Shown piece by piece: positions 26,119 to 38,139 of a stretch of 64,000 nucleotides of DNA. The position numbers and the translations under genes are program-made. The notes beneath the pieces are model-generated. The model did not search any database. It worked only from the letters and a program-made list of their open reading frames with translations, and was not told the origin of the DNA. Position 1 is the first letter of the stretch. Each line of letters starts with the position of its first letter. The stretch is from Mobula hypostoma (Eukaryota): positions 59,086,001 to 59,150,000 of the forward strand of contig NC_086117.1 of NCBI RefSeq assembly GCF_963921235.1, given 5' to 3'.

Positions 26119-27547
26119 AATTGAATCACTGTCATATTGTAGTTTTTAAATAGGTATGTATTGCATTGTACTGCCGCTGCAAAACAACAAGTTTCATGAC
26201 ATATACCAATGCTATTAAACCTGATTCTGATGTGCATCAGATAGTTGAAACAGGACAACGAAAAGGAAATAACAATTGAACTTTTCATTATTTTCACAGC
26301 ACATTCCCAACCACTTCATAGAATTAACACCCTCAGATTTCAGTTTGTGGATTAAAAGAAGCAAATTGAAAGCAGAGGTGGAGTGGTTAAAGGGAGGAAT
26401 TCAACAGATGTCTCTGTGAGATGGCTTACTGCTCTCCCTCGAGGCCTTTGGATAATGTAAACCAAAGTTCTGTGATTTACGTTTCATTTTCTGTGTTTTC
26501 ATCCGTTCTTTCTTGTTGCTCTTTGAGCCATTTTTTTGTGTGTGGGGGTGGGGGTTTGATGTTCTTGCACTTTGCATGATTTATTTTTCTGCATGGGGGG
26601 GTTGATGTTCTTGTTGCCTTGTGCAATTTTTTTTTGCATGGTGGGGGAGCTGTTGATAATTGTGTTGCTATTTTTCGCCAGTTGCCTCAATTTGTTAGCT
26701 TTTTGTGTGGGGGTGGGGGTTGGTGTTTCTCTTTGACTGACTTCTTCATGGCTATCTGGAGAAGATGAATCTCAGTTGTATACTGTATACATACTCTGAT
26801 AATAACTGAACCTTTGAGATTAGACAGCTAAAGGCAAACATGAATGGGAGAAATTGGATAAGTGATTAAAAACTAGAAGTGTGCAGAAAAAAAATGTAGG
26901 GTTGGAGATAACAGCCCTACAATGCCCAGAAGGTAAAGTCTTCATATCCAGTTGCCACCAGAGGTAATTGAACCTTAAGGATCACCTAATACCATAAGAT
27001 ATAGGAGTAGGAATTTGGCTATTTGGCCCATCTAGTCTGTTCTGTCATTTCATCAAGGCCGATCCGTTCTCCCTCTCAGCTCCTGCTTTCTCTACATATC
27101 CATAAGGTATAGAGACAGAATTAGGCCATTTGGCCCCTCGAGTCTTCTCCACACCCTTCATGCTCTGACTAAATAGGAATCTATCAACCTCTACCTTAAA
27201 CATATTGAATAACTTGGCCTCCAGATTCCTGCTGTAATGAATTCCACAGATTCACCACTCTCTGGTTTAAGAAGTTCCACTTAATCTCTATTCTAAATGG
27301 ACATCCCTCTATTCTGAGGCTGTCTGTTCCTTTTGGTGTCAGACTCCCCCACCATAGGAGACATCCTCTCCATGTCCACTCTATCGAAGCCTTTCAACAC
27401 TCAATAGGTTTTAGTGAGGTCAACCCCTCCCCCACCATTTTTCTGAATTCCAGTGAGTAGAGGCCCATTGCTCCTTGGAGCATTTCATTGTATAATTATA
27501 TTGCAAGCTAGCTGGTATAGACATCAAATGCTAGTTAAAGTCAATCA

Positions 27548-28570
27548 CTGACAGTCAACACTGACACACCTCAGAGCGCTGTGCTTAGCCCACTGTGCTA
27601 CTCTGTCTACACCCACGAATGTGTGGCTAGGCATAGCTCAAATACCATCTATAAATTTGCTGATGATACAACCATCACTGGCAGAATGTCAGATGGTGAA
27701 GAAAGGGTGTATAGAAGTGAGATATCCCAGCTAGTTGAGTGGTGTCATAGCAACAACCTTGCACTTGACATTAGTCAGACCAAAGAGCTGAGTGTGGACT
27801 GCAGAAAGGTTAAAACCAGTCCTCCGAGGGTTCAGAAGTGGAGTGAGCAATTTCGAGTTCCTGCGTGTCAATATCTTGGATAACCTAACCTGGTCCCAAC
27901 ATATTGAGCAACATACATAAAAGTTGCTGGTGAACGCAGCAGGCCAGGCAGCATCTCTAGGAAGAGGTACAGTCGACGTTTCAGGCCGAGACCATTCGTC
28001 AGGACTAACTGAAGGAAGAGTTAGTAAGAGATTTGAAAGTGGGAGGGGGAGGGGGAGATCCAAAATGATAGAAGACAGGAGGGGGAGGGATGGAGCCAAG
28101 AGCTGGACAGTTGATTAGCAAAAGGGATACGAGAGGATCACAGGATGGGAGGCCTAAGGAGAAAGAAAGGGGGAGGGGTGAAGCCCAGAGGATGGGCAAG
28201 GAGTATAGTGAGAGGGACAGAGGGAGAAAAAGGAGAGAGAGAAAAAGAATATTAGAAGTTTGAGATTTGGTTTGTCACATAAAACAGACAAACTTCTACT
28301 GATGTACCATGGAGAGCATTCTGACTGGTTGCATCTCCATCTGGTATGGAGGGGTTACTGCACAGGAATGCAGCAAGCTGCAGAAAGTTATATAATTAGT
28401 CAGCTCCATCATGGATACCAGCCTCCATAGTATCCAAGACATCGTCAAGGAACAGTACCTCAGAAAGGCAGCATCTGTCTTTAAGGACCCCACCACCCAG
28501 GACGTGCCTTCATCTCACTGCTACCAATCTTCCCCTCTGTGATCAGATTTCTAAATGGACATTGAACCCT
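27548..28570 (+). mobile_element. Rex1/Babar LINE RT fragment interrupted by a Penelope-like fragment (~27908-28250, minus)
   Basis: ORF 27581-27883 LSPL.YS.YTH.C...IYKFADDTT; the insert contains a hammerhead core at 27971-28006. Confidence 0.8.
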
Positions 28571-29661
28571 GAACACTACTTCACCATCTTTTTTTAATTT
28601 TGTTTTTGCACCACTGATTTTATCTATTTAATATACATGTATGTTTTCTCTAATTGTTTTATCCTATATTAATAAGAATATAAGAAATAGGAGCAGGGTA
28701 TATTTGGCCTGTCGAGTTTGCTCTGCCATTCAATAATATCTTGGCTGATCTGGCCGTGGGCTTACCTCCACCTACCTGCCTTTTCCCCAAAACCCTCAAT
28801 TCCCCTACTACACAAATATCTATCCAAACTTGTCTTAAATATATTTACTGAGATAGCCTCCACTGCTTCATGGGGCAGAGAATTCCACACACCACTCTCT
28901 GGGAAAAGTAGTTCCTCTTCATCTCTGTCCTCAATCTACTCCCCTGAATCTTGAGGCTATTATGTCCCCTAGATCTAGTCTCACCTACCAGTGGAAACAA
29001 CTTTTCTGCCTCTATCTTATTTATCCCTTTCATAATCTGTTTCTATAAAATCTCTCATTCTTCTGAATTCCAGTGAGTACAGTCCCAGGCGATTCAATCT
29101 CTTCTCATAGTCTAACCCCTCATCTCTGGAAACAACCTGGTGAACCTACTCTGTACCACCTCCAAAGCCAGGATATCCTTCCTCAAGTAAGGAGATCAGA
29201 ACTGCATTCAGTACTCCAGGTGTGGCCTTACCAGTGTCCTGTACAGTTGCAACATAACCTCCCTGCTCTTAAATTCAATCAATCTAGCAACGAAGGCCAA
29301 CATTCTATTTGCCTTTTTGATAGCCTGCTAAACCTACAAACCAACCCTTTGTGATTAATGCAATGTGCTCCCAAGTCCCTCTGCACAGCATCATGCTGCA
29401 AAATTTTACCATTTAAATACTTTGCTTTTTCATTTTTCCTTCCAAGTGGATGACCTTGCATTTACCAATATTGTATTCCATCTGCCAGACCCTCGCCCAC
29501 TCGCTTAACCTATCTATACCTCTCTGCAGACTATCCGCATCTTCTGCACAATTTGCTTTTCCACTCAATTTAGTATCATCAGGAAACTTAGATACACTAC
29601 AACATACATCAAAGTTGCTGGTGAACGCAGCAGGCCAAGCAGCATCTATAGAAAGAGGTGC

Positions 29662-29697
29662 AGTCGACGTTTCAGGCCGAGACCCTTCGTCAGGACT
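29662..29697 (-). ncRNA. Minimal type I hammerhead ribozyme motif (Penelope-associated)
   Basis: agtc-CTGACGA-agggtctcggcct-GAAA-cGTC-gact: intact core, stem I agtc/gact, palindromic ACGT in place of stem III. Confidence 0.8.
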
Positions 29698-31634
29698 ACC
29701 TGAAGGAAGAGCTAGTAAGAGATTTGAAAGCTGGAGGGGGAGGGGGAGATGCAAAATGATAGGAGAAGACAGGAGGGGGAGGGATAGAGCCGAGAGCTGG
29801 ACAGGTGATCGGCAGAAGGGGATACGAGAGGATCATGGGACAGGAGGTCTGGGAAGAAAGACAAGGGGGGGGGTGACCCAGAGGATGGGCAAGAGGTATA
29901 TTCAGAGGGACAGAGGGAGAAAGAGAGTGAGAGAAAGAATGTGTGCATAAAAATGAGTAACAGATGGGGTACGAGGGGGAGGTGGGGCCTTAGCGGAAGT
30001 TAGAGAAGTCGATGTTCATGCCATCAGGTTGGAGGCTACCCAGACGGAATATAAGGTGTTGTTCCTCCAACCTGAGTGTGGCTTCATCTCCACAGTAGAG
30101 GAGGCCGTGGACAGACATGTCAGAATGGGAATGGGATGTGGAATTAAAATGTGTGGCCACTGGGAGATCCTGCTTTCTCTGGCGGACGGAGCGTAGATGT
30201 TCAGCAAAGCGGTCTCCCAGTCTGCGTCGGGTCTCACCAATATATAAAAGGCCACATCGGGAGCACCGGACGCAGTATATCACCCCAGTCGACTCACAGG
30301 TGAAGTGATGCCTCACCTGGAAGGACTGTTTGGGGCCCTGAATGGTGGTAAGGGAGGAAGTGTAAGGGCATGTGTAGCACTTGTTCCGCTTACACGGATA
30401 AGTGCCAGGAGGGAGATCAGTGGGGAGGGATGGGGGGGACGAATGGACAAGGGAGTTGTGTAGGGAGCGATCCCTGCGGAATGCAGAGAGAGAGGGGGAG
30501 GGAAAGATGTGCTTAGTGGTGGGATCCCGTTGGAGGTGGCGGAAGTTACGGAGAATAATATGTTGGACCCGGAGGCTGGTGGGGTGGTAGGTGAGGACCA
30601 GGGGAACCCTATTCCTAGTGGGGTGGTGGGAGGATGGAGTGAGAGCAGATGTACGTGAAATGGGGGAGATACGTTTAAGAGCAGAGTTGATAGTGGAGGA
30701 AGGGAAGCCCCTTTCTTTAAAAAAGGAAGACACCTCCCTCGTCCTAGAATGAAAAGCCTCATCCTGAGAGCCCCACCAGCCTCTGGGTCCAACATATTAT
30801 TCTCCGTAACTTCCGCCACCTCCAACGGGATCCCACCACTAAGCACATCTTTCCCTCCCCCCCCCTGCATTCCACTGGGATCGCTCCCTACACAACTCCC
30901 TTGTCCATTCGTCCCCCCATCCCTCCCCACTGATCTCCCTCCTGGCACTTATCCGTGTAAGCGGAACAAGTGCTACACATGCCCTTACCACCATTCAGGG
31001 CCCCAAACAGTCCTTCCAGGTGAGGCATCACTTCACCTGTGAGTCGACTGGGGTGATATACTGCGTCCGGTGCTCCCGATGTGGCCTTTTATATATTGGT
31101 GAGACCCGACGCAGACTGGGAGACCGCTTTGCTGAACATCTACACTCTGTCCGCCAGAGAAAGCAGGATCTCCCAGTAGCCACACATTTTAATTCCACGT
31201 CCCATTCCCATTCTGACATGTCTGTCCACGGCCTCCTCTACTGTGGAGATGAAGCCACACTCAGGTTGGAGGAACAACACCTTATATTCCGTCTGGGTAG
31301 CCTCCAACCTGATGGCATGAACATCAACTTCTCTAACTTCCGCTAAGGCCCCACCTCCCCCTCGTACCCCATCTGTTACTCATTTTTATGCACACATTCT
31401 TTCTCTCACTCTTTTTCTCCCTCTGTCCCTCTGAATATACCTCTTGCCCATCCTCTAGGTCCCCCCCCCCCCGTCTTTCTTCCTGGACCTCCTGTCCCAT
31501 GATCCTCTCTTATCCCCTTTTGCCTATCACCTGTCCAGCTCTTGGCTCCATCCCTACCCCTCCTGTCTTCTATCATTTTGGATCTCCCCCTCCCCCTCCC
31601 ACTTTCAAATCTCTTACTAACTCTTCCTTCAGTT

Positions 31635-31670
31635 AGTCCTGACGAAGGGTCTTGGCCTGAAACGTCGACT
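31635..31670 (+). ncRNA. Minimal type I hammerhead ribozyme motif (Penelope-associated)
   Basis: agtc-CTGACGA-agggtcttggcct-GAAA-cGTC-gact. Confidence 0.8.
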
Positions 31671-32809
31671 GCACCTCTTTCTATAGATGCTGCTTGGCCT
31701 GCTGCGTTCACCAGCAACTTTGATGTATGTTGCTTGAATTTCCAGCATCTGCAGAATTCCTGTTGTTTGTTTTAGATACACTACACTCAGGCCCCTCTTC
31801 CAGATCGTTAACATGTCATGAATAGTTGCCCAGCATCGACCCCTGCAGCACTCCGCTCACCACTGATTACACCCATGTATCCCAACTCAACTTTCTATTA
31901 GTTAACCAATCCTCTATCCATGCTCTATATACCTTTATATTTATGGTTGTCTTTTACACAACACCTTATTGAATGCCCTCTGGAAATCCAAGTAAATAAC
32001 ATCTATCTGTTCTCCTCTATCTGCTGTGCTTGTTATATCCTCAAAGAACTCCAGTAAGTTTGTCAAACAGGACTTACCTTTGCTGAACCCATGCTGCATC
32101 TGCCTGATGGATCCATTTCTTTCCAGATGCCATGCTATTTCTTCTTCAATGATCGCTTCAAGCATTTTCCCAACACAGATGTTAAATTAACTGGCGCAGT
32201 TACCTGCCTTTTGCCTACATCCTTTTTGAACAGTGGCATAACATTTGCCATCTTCCAATCTGCTGGGACCTGCCCAAAATCCAGGTAAGTTACCACCGAA
32301 GCCTCAACTATAACTTCTGCCATTTTTTCCAGTACCCTGAAATACATTCCATCAGGACCAGGGGACTTATCCATCTTCAGGCCCACAAGTTTGCTCAGCA
32401 TTTATCAAGTATTGCATTGTACTGCTGCCACAAAGTTAAATTTCATGACATATGCTGGTGATATTAAACTTGATTCTGATCACTGTAGCCTGAAACTCTA
32501 ACCATAATGCTGTTTAAACATCTAAAGCTTGAAGACATTCTTAAATTCATACAGAACTCCTTAATTAATTTCCCAGCAGGATGCAGCTGGCTCTTCACAT
32601 TCCTTTTAAATGGAGTCCATCTACTACTTAGATGCAGGTGATTGGACACCACTAAGAACTGAAGATATTTCAGAGAAGCTGTGCGAAGCAGGCCAATGTA
32701 TTTGAGTAATGCTGAAAATGTTAACAACAGAAATTTTTATGCAAACATATACAAATTAACAGGTAATGGTCCTACTTTTCACCAGCAGGACTGAAGAATG
32801 AAGACCTGC

Positions 32810-33298
32810 ATTCAATAGTCACTGTTGGGTACACCTGCTCGTTAATGTAAAATCTGATCAGCCAATTATACTGCAGCAACTCAATGCATAAAAGCATACA
32901 GCCATGGTTAAGAGGTTCAGTTATTCAGATCAAACATCAGAAAGGGGAAGAAATGTGGCCTACATGACTTTGACCACGCAATGATTGTTGATGCCGAATG
33001 AGGTGGTTTGAGAATCCCAGAAACTGCTGACTTCCTGGGGTTTCTATGCACAAATCTTTAGTTTACACAGAAAGGTGCGATAAATAAAAGTCATCCAGTG
33101 AGTGGCCACTCTATGGGTGAAAATGCCTTGTTAGTGAATGAAAGAGGTCAGAGAAAAATGGCTAGGCTGACTCACAGTAACTCAAATAATCACGTTACAA
33201 CAGCAGTGTGTAGAAGAGCATCTCTGAATGCACACTATGTCGAACTAGTGGGTGGGCTACAGCAGCACTCCGGTACCTAATAAAGTGGCCACTGAGTG
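32810..33298 (+). mobile_element. Tc1/mariner non-autonomous element
   Basis: Right TIR gtacctaataaagtggccactgagtg followed by TA; decayed left TIR; remnant of the transposase HTH (DFD..MIV.A..GGL.I.ETAD.LG). Confidence 0.7.
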
Positions 33299-34320
33299 TA
33301 GCTCTGATTTGTCCTCTGACAGTGAGATACAATCAATCAATATTGGGAAAACCCAAGTAGGCTTAAATGTTAAAAAAGCCAAAGATCACGAGCAATGGGA
33401 AAAACTCTCCCTGAAAATGTAGCTTGATGGTGGAAGCAAACAAAAAAACTGAAGCAACCTATAAAACATCTTTGCACTGCATGCTGTTCGCAAAAACCTT
33501 TATTGCAAATTTCCTAACGAGAGTATCAATTTTCAACAATTTATAAGTTTCCCCATTACAAAACAGTAGATTAAGATGGTTTGTTCATTCCAGCAGTAAC
33601 AGGATTATACACAAATGTTTGTGGTCCATGGCAAGCAAATGCATACTTATCAGAACAAGCTCTTTCAAATTGAACAATCTTTTCTGTAGGTAAAGCCTGT
33701 GTTACTAACGATGTGCATGCCAATTGTACGGCTAGTATTATAGATTCTGCTACGTACCAACAGCTTAGCTGTAGCCAGCAGGAAGATAAAAAGTTGGCCA
33801 CTGAAACTACCAGCATCACTCCTCTTCACTTACATTACTTGTGCATTATATTATTACCATCAGACAAGATTTGGTGTCAGTTTTTAAGATCTGATAGCAT
33901 TGGACCTGTACTAGTTTACAACTCCTTCCCCCACCCCCCCACACACCTTGGGATGTCACTGGCAAAAAAACCAAATCCAACCAATGGATGTTGGCACGGT
34001 AATGGTTTCCTGCAGCTTCACCACTCTCTCATTGGCATACTCTAACCAAGCACGGTTAAGTTACGAGGGAAATGTCTAAGATTCTCCTCTAGTTCTCAGG
34101 ATACAAAACTATATCGAAATGAACTTGCCACTAATCTTTCTATTGTGTAATCTGTCAGTTACCAATTTAGATGGGGAACAAAAAGAGTAAAAATTTAAAA
34201 AAATCTTAAATGTAATCTTACAGCATTGGTGGCATACTTGGCCCAGAACCATTACCGGGTAAAAATAATAATAAAAAACCTAAAGAGTTCTTTTTTTTTC
34301 CATGTACAACTTAACTGAAT

Positions 34321-34326
34321 TTTATT
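34321..34326 (-). terminator. Candidate RANBP1 polyadenylation signal AATAAA (another at 33499-33504)
   Basis: tttatt on the plus strand ~400 and ~1220 nt downstream of the stop codon. Confidence 0.4.
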
Positions 34327-34720
34327 TGGTTATAAACCATCTGCTACCCGATGCGGGAATTCTGACATTAAGTCTCATTCACAAAACAAATTTTTTTTTT
34401 TTTAAAGTCAGTCATACACTGTAAAGCATGTTATGGTCACCAATTTTCAGGAATTAAAGCAATAGATTTAAATTATCCTCTCAGAAGACTGTAAATAGAT
34501 AAGGCAGTAGTTAACACTCCAAAAATTTTCACCGAGGAATACATTAGCACATTAATGGTGGTTGATGACTGAGGAATGACTTTCTCTGAAGGTACTGTGT
34601 CTTCATAACCAATTTGGGACCACAGGGCAAGAGCCTGGTAAAGGGCTCACCTGTGTCCAAACCCAGTTCATTACAGTCTGCTGTAAAAAAAAGGAAAGGG
34701 AAAACAAGGACCAGGATTAA

Positions 34721-34854
34721 TTAATTTGCTTCAGTTTTTTCACTGGTCCCTTCCTTCTTCTCACGTTCTTCCTCTTTGGTAGATTCTTTGTTATCCTCCT
34801 TAACGGACAATTCTTCTAGCTTTTCAGCAACTTTATCTGCACTTTCATTGTTAC
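34721..34854 (-). CDS. RANBP1: RANBP1 exon 6 (last coding exon, contains the NES)
   Basis: tattag| (G)NNESADKVAEKLEELSVKEDNKESTKEEEREKKEGTSEKTEAN*; the NES KVAEKLExLSVK is conserved. Confidence 0.93.
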
Positions 34855-35344
34855 CTAATAAGAAACAATGAAAATTGGTTGCTCAAAGTTCAAAGTAAAA
34901 GTACAGGTACATCACCATATACGACCCAGAGATTAATTTTTCTTGTGGGCATTCAGTAAATACAAATAAACACAGAGAATCAATGAAAGACTGCTCTCAA
35001 GATGGACAAATAACCAATGTGTAAAAGATAACACTGCAAATAAAAAAAAAACCATCGAGAACATGAGAGGAAGAGTCTATACATTGTGTGGCAGTTCAAT
35101 GTTGGGGTGAGTGAAGCTATCCCCTCTGGTTCAAGAGCCTGATGGTTGAGAGGTAATAACTGGTGGATACAGTAAGATTACTAAACAGAAAGTATGTGCC
35201 TCTGCATAACTAGACAGCACAAAAGCAGAGAGGAAGGCCAATGGTTATCTTGTTTGCTCACAGATGAACTACTTTTCAAGTCATTCACAGGCTGTGAAGC
35301 ATTTATGGATATCACGACTACAGGAACGATGTAATTTCGATAGA

Positions 35345-35760
35345 GCAACAAATACAAAATGCTGGAGGATCTCAGGTCAGGCAGCAACTATGGAAATGAA
35401 TAAGCAGTCGATGTTTTGAGCTGAAATCCTTCATTAGGACTGGAAAGGAAGAAGGCAGGAGTCAGAATAAGCTGGGGGGTAGGGGAAGGGAGAGAAACAC
35501 TAGAGGGAGGTGATGAGCATATGAAAAGAGAAGGATTAAGAGGGGAGCCAGTATAGGGAATGGGGGGGACGGGGGACGGACAATAAATCACTGGAAGTTA
35601 GAGAAATTGATGTTCATGCTGCCAGGTTGGAGGCTACCCAGACAAAATGAGTCACTGGGCAAACTGATGCAGGGTTTCAGCCCACAGCACCAACTGTTTA
35701 TTCCTTTCCATAGGTGCTGCCTGACCTACCGAGTTCCTCCAGCATTTGCAGACTTTCTCA
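35345..35760. mobile_element. Older Penelope-like fold-back (minus arm ~35345-35645, plus arm ~35662-35760)
   Basis: aaaatgctggagga..caggtcaggcagca on the left; gctgcctgacct..gagttcctccagcattt on the right. Confidence 0.65.
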
Positions 35761-36699
35761 GGTTTGTTGATAATCTTCAACAAACTTGTGCATACCCATC
35801 TCCCAGATCCACTGGCTCCTTTATTCCAAACCCCTGAATACAGTAAGCAGTCACTGTTCTTTTGGCTACAGAAAAGCCTGGATTTTCTTAAAAAAGCACT
35901 AGTTCATTGTTTTCAATTTTAATTTACAAAATGGCGAAGTGTGAGCGGGTGCAGAAGAGGAAGAAAAATATCACTCCCCATGAGCACATAGGAAATTACA
36001 GATTATAAAATTGGCACAAGGATAAAGAGCTAGTGAAGTATGTCACTTAAAATGACCAATTAAAAGTCTTTAAATTGCACTGTTTGAAACATTGAAAGAC
36101 TATCTTTATATCAATAAGGACAGAAACCTGCAAATAGTCAAATTGGAATAATATCTGTGTATTTCAATTTTATCTTAGTAACAGTCTCAACACACTTTCA
36201 AAACCAGATTTACCTTTTAGATTACAATGTGCATTAACTTAAGTTCTAGAATGATAGAAAGTACGATTCAAAGTTAATTCATTTCTGATCAGACACGGAA
36301 AAGTGTGTGGCAATTTTAAAGAGATGACCAGAAATTTTAGGACCATTTCTCTTTCCACAGATGCTGCCAATCTGCTGGGTATTTTTGGTTTTTATATTAG
36401 ATTCCCATTTTCTGTTTTCTTTTGCTCCCCGCTCCCCAGACAGATCATTCCAAGATTATGAAATTTACAACAAATACAACACGATAAGGGACCTTGGAAT
36501 CTTGTCCAACCATACATTCACGCTTATAAATGTTATAAATCACAACTTCAAAACAAATTAATAAGATTAAACATTTGATTTTGTGAAAGTTCAATTTAAA
36601 TGAAAACTGTCAACACTTTTAATAAATCTTTAAGTTCTCAATGCATAATTTATGGCTAATAAATATATTGCACATGTTGCAATTAAAAAGGTGTATTAC

Positions 36700-36756
36700 C
36701 CTTTAGTTTCATCTTCTCTTTGCATTCTTCAAACTTTGCCTTAAACTTCTGCGCAT
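36700..36756 (-). CDS. RANBP1: RANBP1 exon 5
   Basis: ttattag| (N)AQKFKAKFEECKEKMKLK(G) |gtaata; 57 nt, phase 1/1. Confidence 0.93.
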
Positions 36757-37007
36757 CTAATAAATGAAAAAAGAAATCTACAGTGCAAAGCTTTTGTTTA
36801 AAGCAATAAACTTTTGAAATATATTAAGTAGGTAACATATACAGTATAAAGATTAACAATGTACTGCAGGAGTCTCATTACCGAGTAGCACTTCCTGGAA
36901 ACTCACCAACACCCAAGTAAGAATTTTTAAAGCACCACTGATTTGCTGAATTCAGAAAGTTTCCAGTCAATTCAAAAATCTTGATGGTGTTAACTTCCTT
37001 CTCCAAG

Positions 37008-37505
37008 AAAAGATGTGCTGACACTGGAGAGGATTCAAAGGAGGTTCATGAAAGTGGTTCAGGGATTGAAAGACTTGTCTTTTGAGAAGTGTTTGGTGGC
37101 TCTGGGCCTCATCTCACTGGAATTCAGAAGAATGATGGGTGACCTCAATGAAACCTATCGTATATTGAAAGGCCTCGATAGAGTGGGTGTGGAGATGTTT
37201 CCTACAGTGAGGGGGTTTAAGACCAGAGAGAGGACACAGCCTCAATAGAAGGGCATCCATTTAGAATAGAAATGAGGAAGAACTTTAGCCAGAGGGCAGT
37301 GAATCTGTGGAATTCATTGCTATAAGCAGATGTGGATAGGCCATTGGGTATAATTTAAGGCAGATGCAAACAGACCCTTGAATAGTCAGGGCATGAAGGG
37401 ACACGGGGAGAAGGCAGGAGACTGGGGCTGAGGGGGAAAATGGATCAGCCATGATGAAATGGCAGAGCAGACTCGATGGCCCTAATTCTGCTCTTGTGTC
37501 TTGTG
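37008..37505 (+). mobile_element. CR1-clade LINE 3' fragment
   Basis: LERIQRRF....GLK.LS.E..L.ALGL.SLEFRRM.GDL.ETY. Confidence 0.8.
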
Positions 37506-38139
37506 ATTAACTATTTTCCTAAGGAAGTTACTCAGATCAAAGACCAACTGCTTGAACTTCAAAGTCTGCAGCTTTCTCTGTTTCCACTGTTTACCATCAG
37601 CTCAGTGAAATCTCATTTTAAATTTCTTTATATTTACAATGTGATGATTAGTTAATAAACAGTGTTTCTGCCCAAGATTGAGCACATAACACAAGTCATG
37701 CTTTGTTGACATCTATAGATTGACATGCTGCTTAAAATGGTATAGGTAACAATGACACTTACTCTGCATTGTTATTGTTTTACCTTATTCCAGCTGAAAA
37801 TACTGTTAATAATTTGATCTGCATAAACGGTATGCAACACTATTTTGCTATTATGGGGTATTTTGGATGGGGGTAGCCTGCAGATATGAACCGAGCTGAA
37901 CTGAATATGCATGGACTCTTGATTTTGTGTTATTTGCTCATTTTTTGTTGCTGTTTGCGCAATGTGTTCTTTTTGCGCATGGGATTTAATTATTTTCTCT
38001 GAAGGGTTTTGTTTCGTGGTTGTCTGTAGGGAAGACACACTCTGGGTTGTGCATGGCATACAGACTGATACTTTGACAAGCTTTTCACTGTACCTTGGTA
38101 CACGTGACAATAGTAAACCAATATGAACATCACTTAACA

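Larger units (their letters stand above)
29602..31771. mobile_element. Penelope-like retroelement: inverted dimer of two 5'-truncated 3' ends (GIY-YIG endonuclease), one insertion with 14-bp TSD
   Basis: Minus ORF 29990-30733 and plus ORF 31020-31346 both encode CKRNKCYTC / GVIYCVRCSRCGLLYIGET.RRLGDRFAEH. Arms 29602-30585 and 30771-31732 are reverse complements. TTAGATACACTACA at 29588-29601 and 31772-31785. Confidence 0.93.
28672..32400 (-). mobile_element. CR1-clade LINE (28672-29601 + 31772-32400) split by the Penelope palindrome
   Basis: KSPGPDGMY..., QHGFSKGKSCLTNLLEFFE...YLDF on the right side, continuing VSKF.DDTKL on the left side of the insertion. Confidence 0.88.

Noticed and set aside
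29990-30733. Stand-alone GIY-YIG nuclease gene or autonomous element
   Set aside because: A 5'-truncated Penelope ORF with no RT core and no evident promoter; the ATG is internal.
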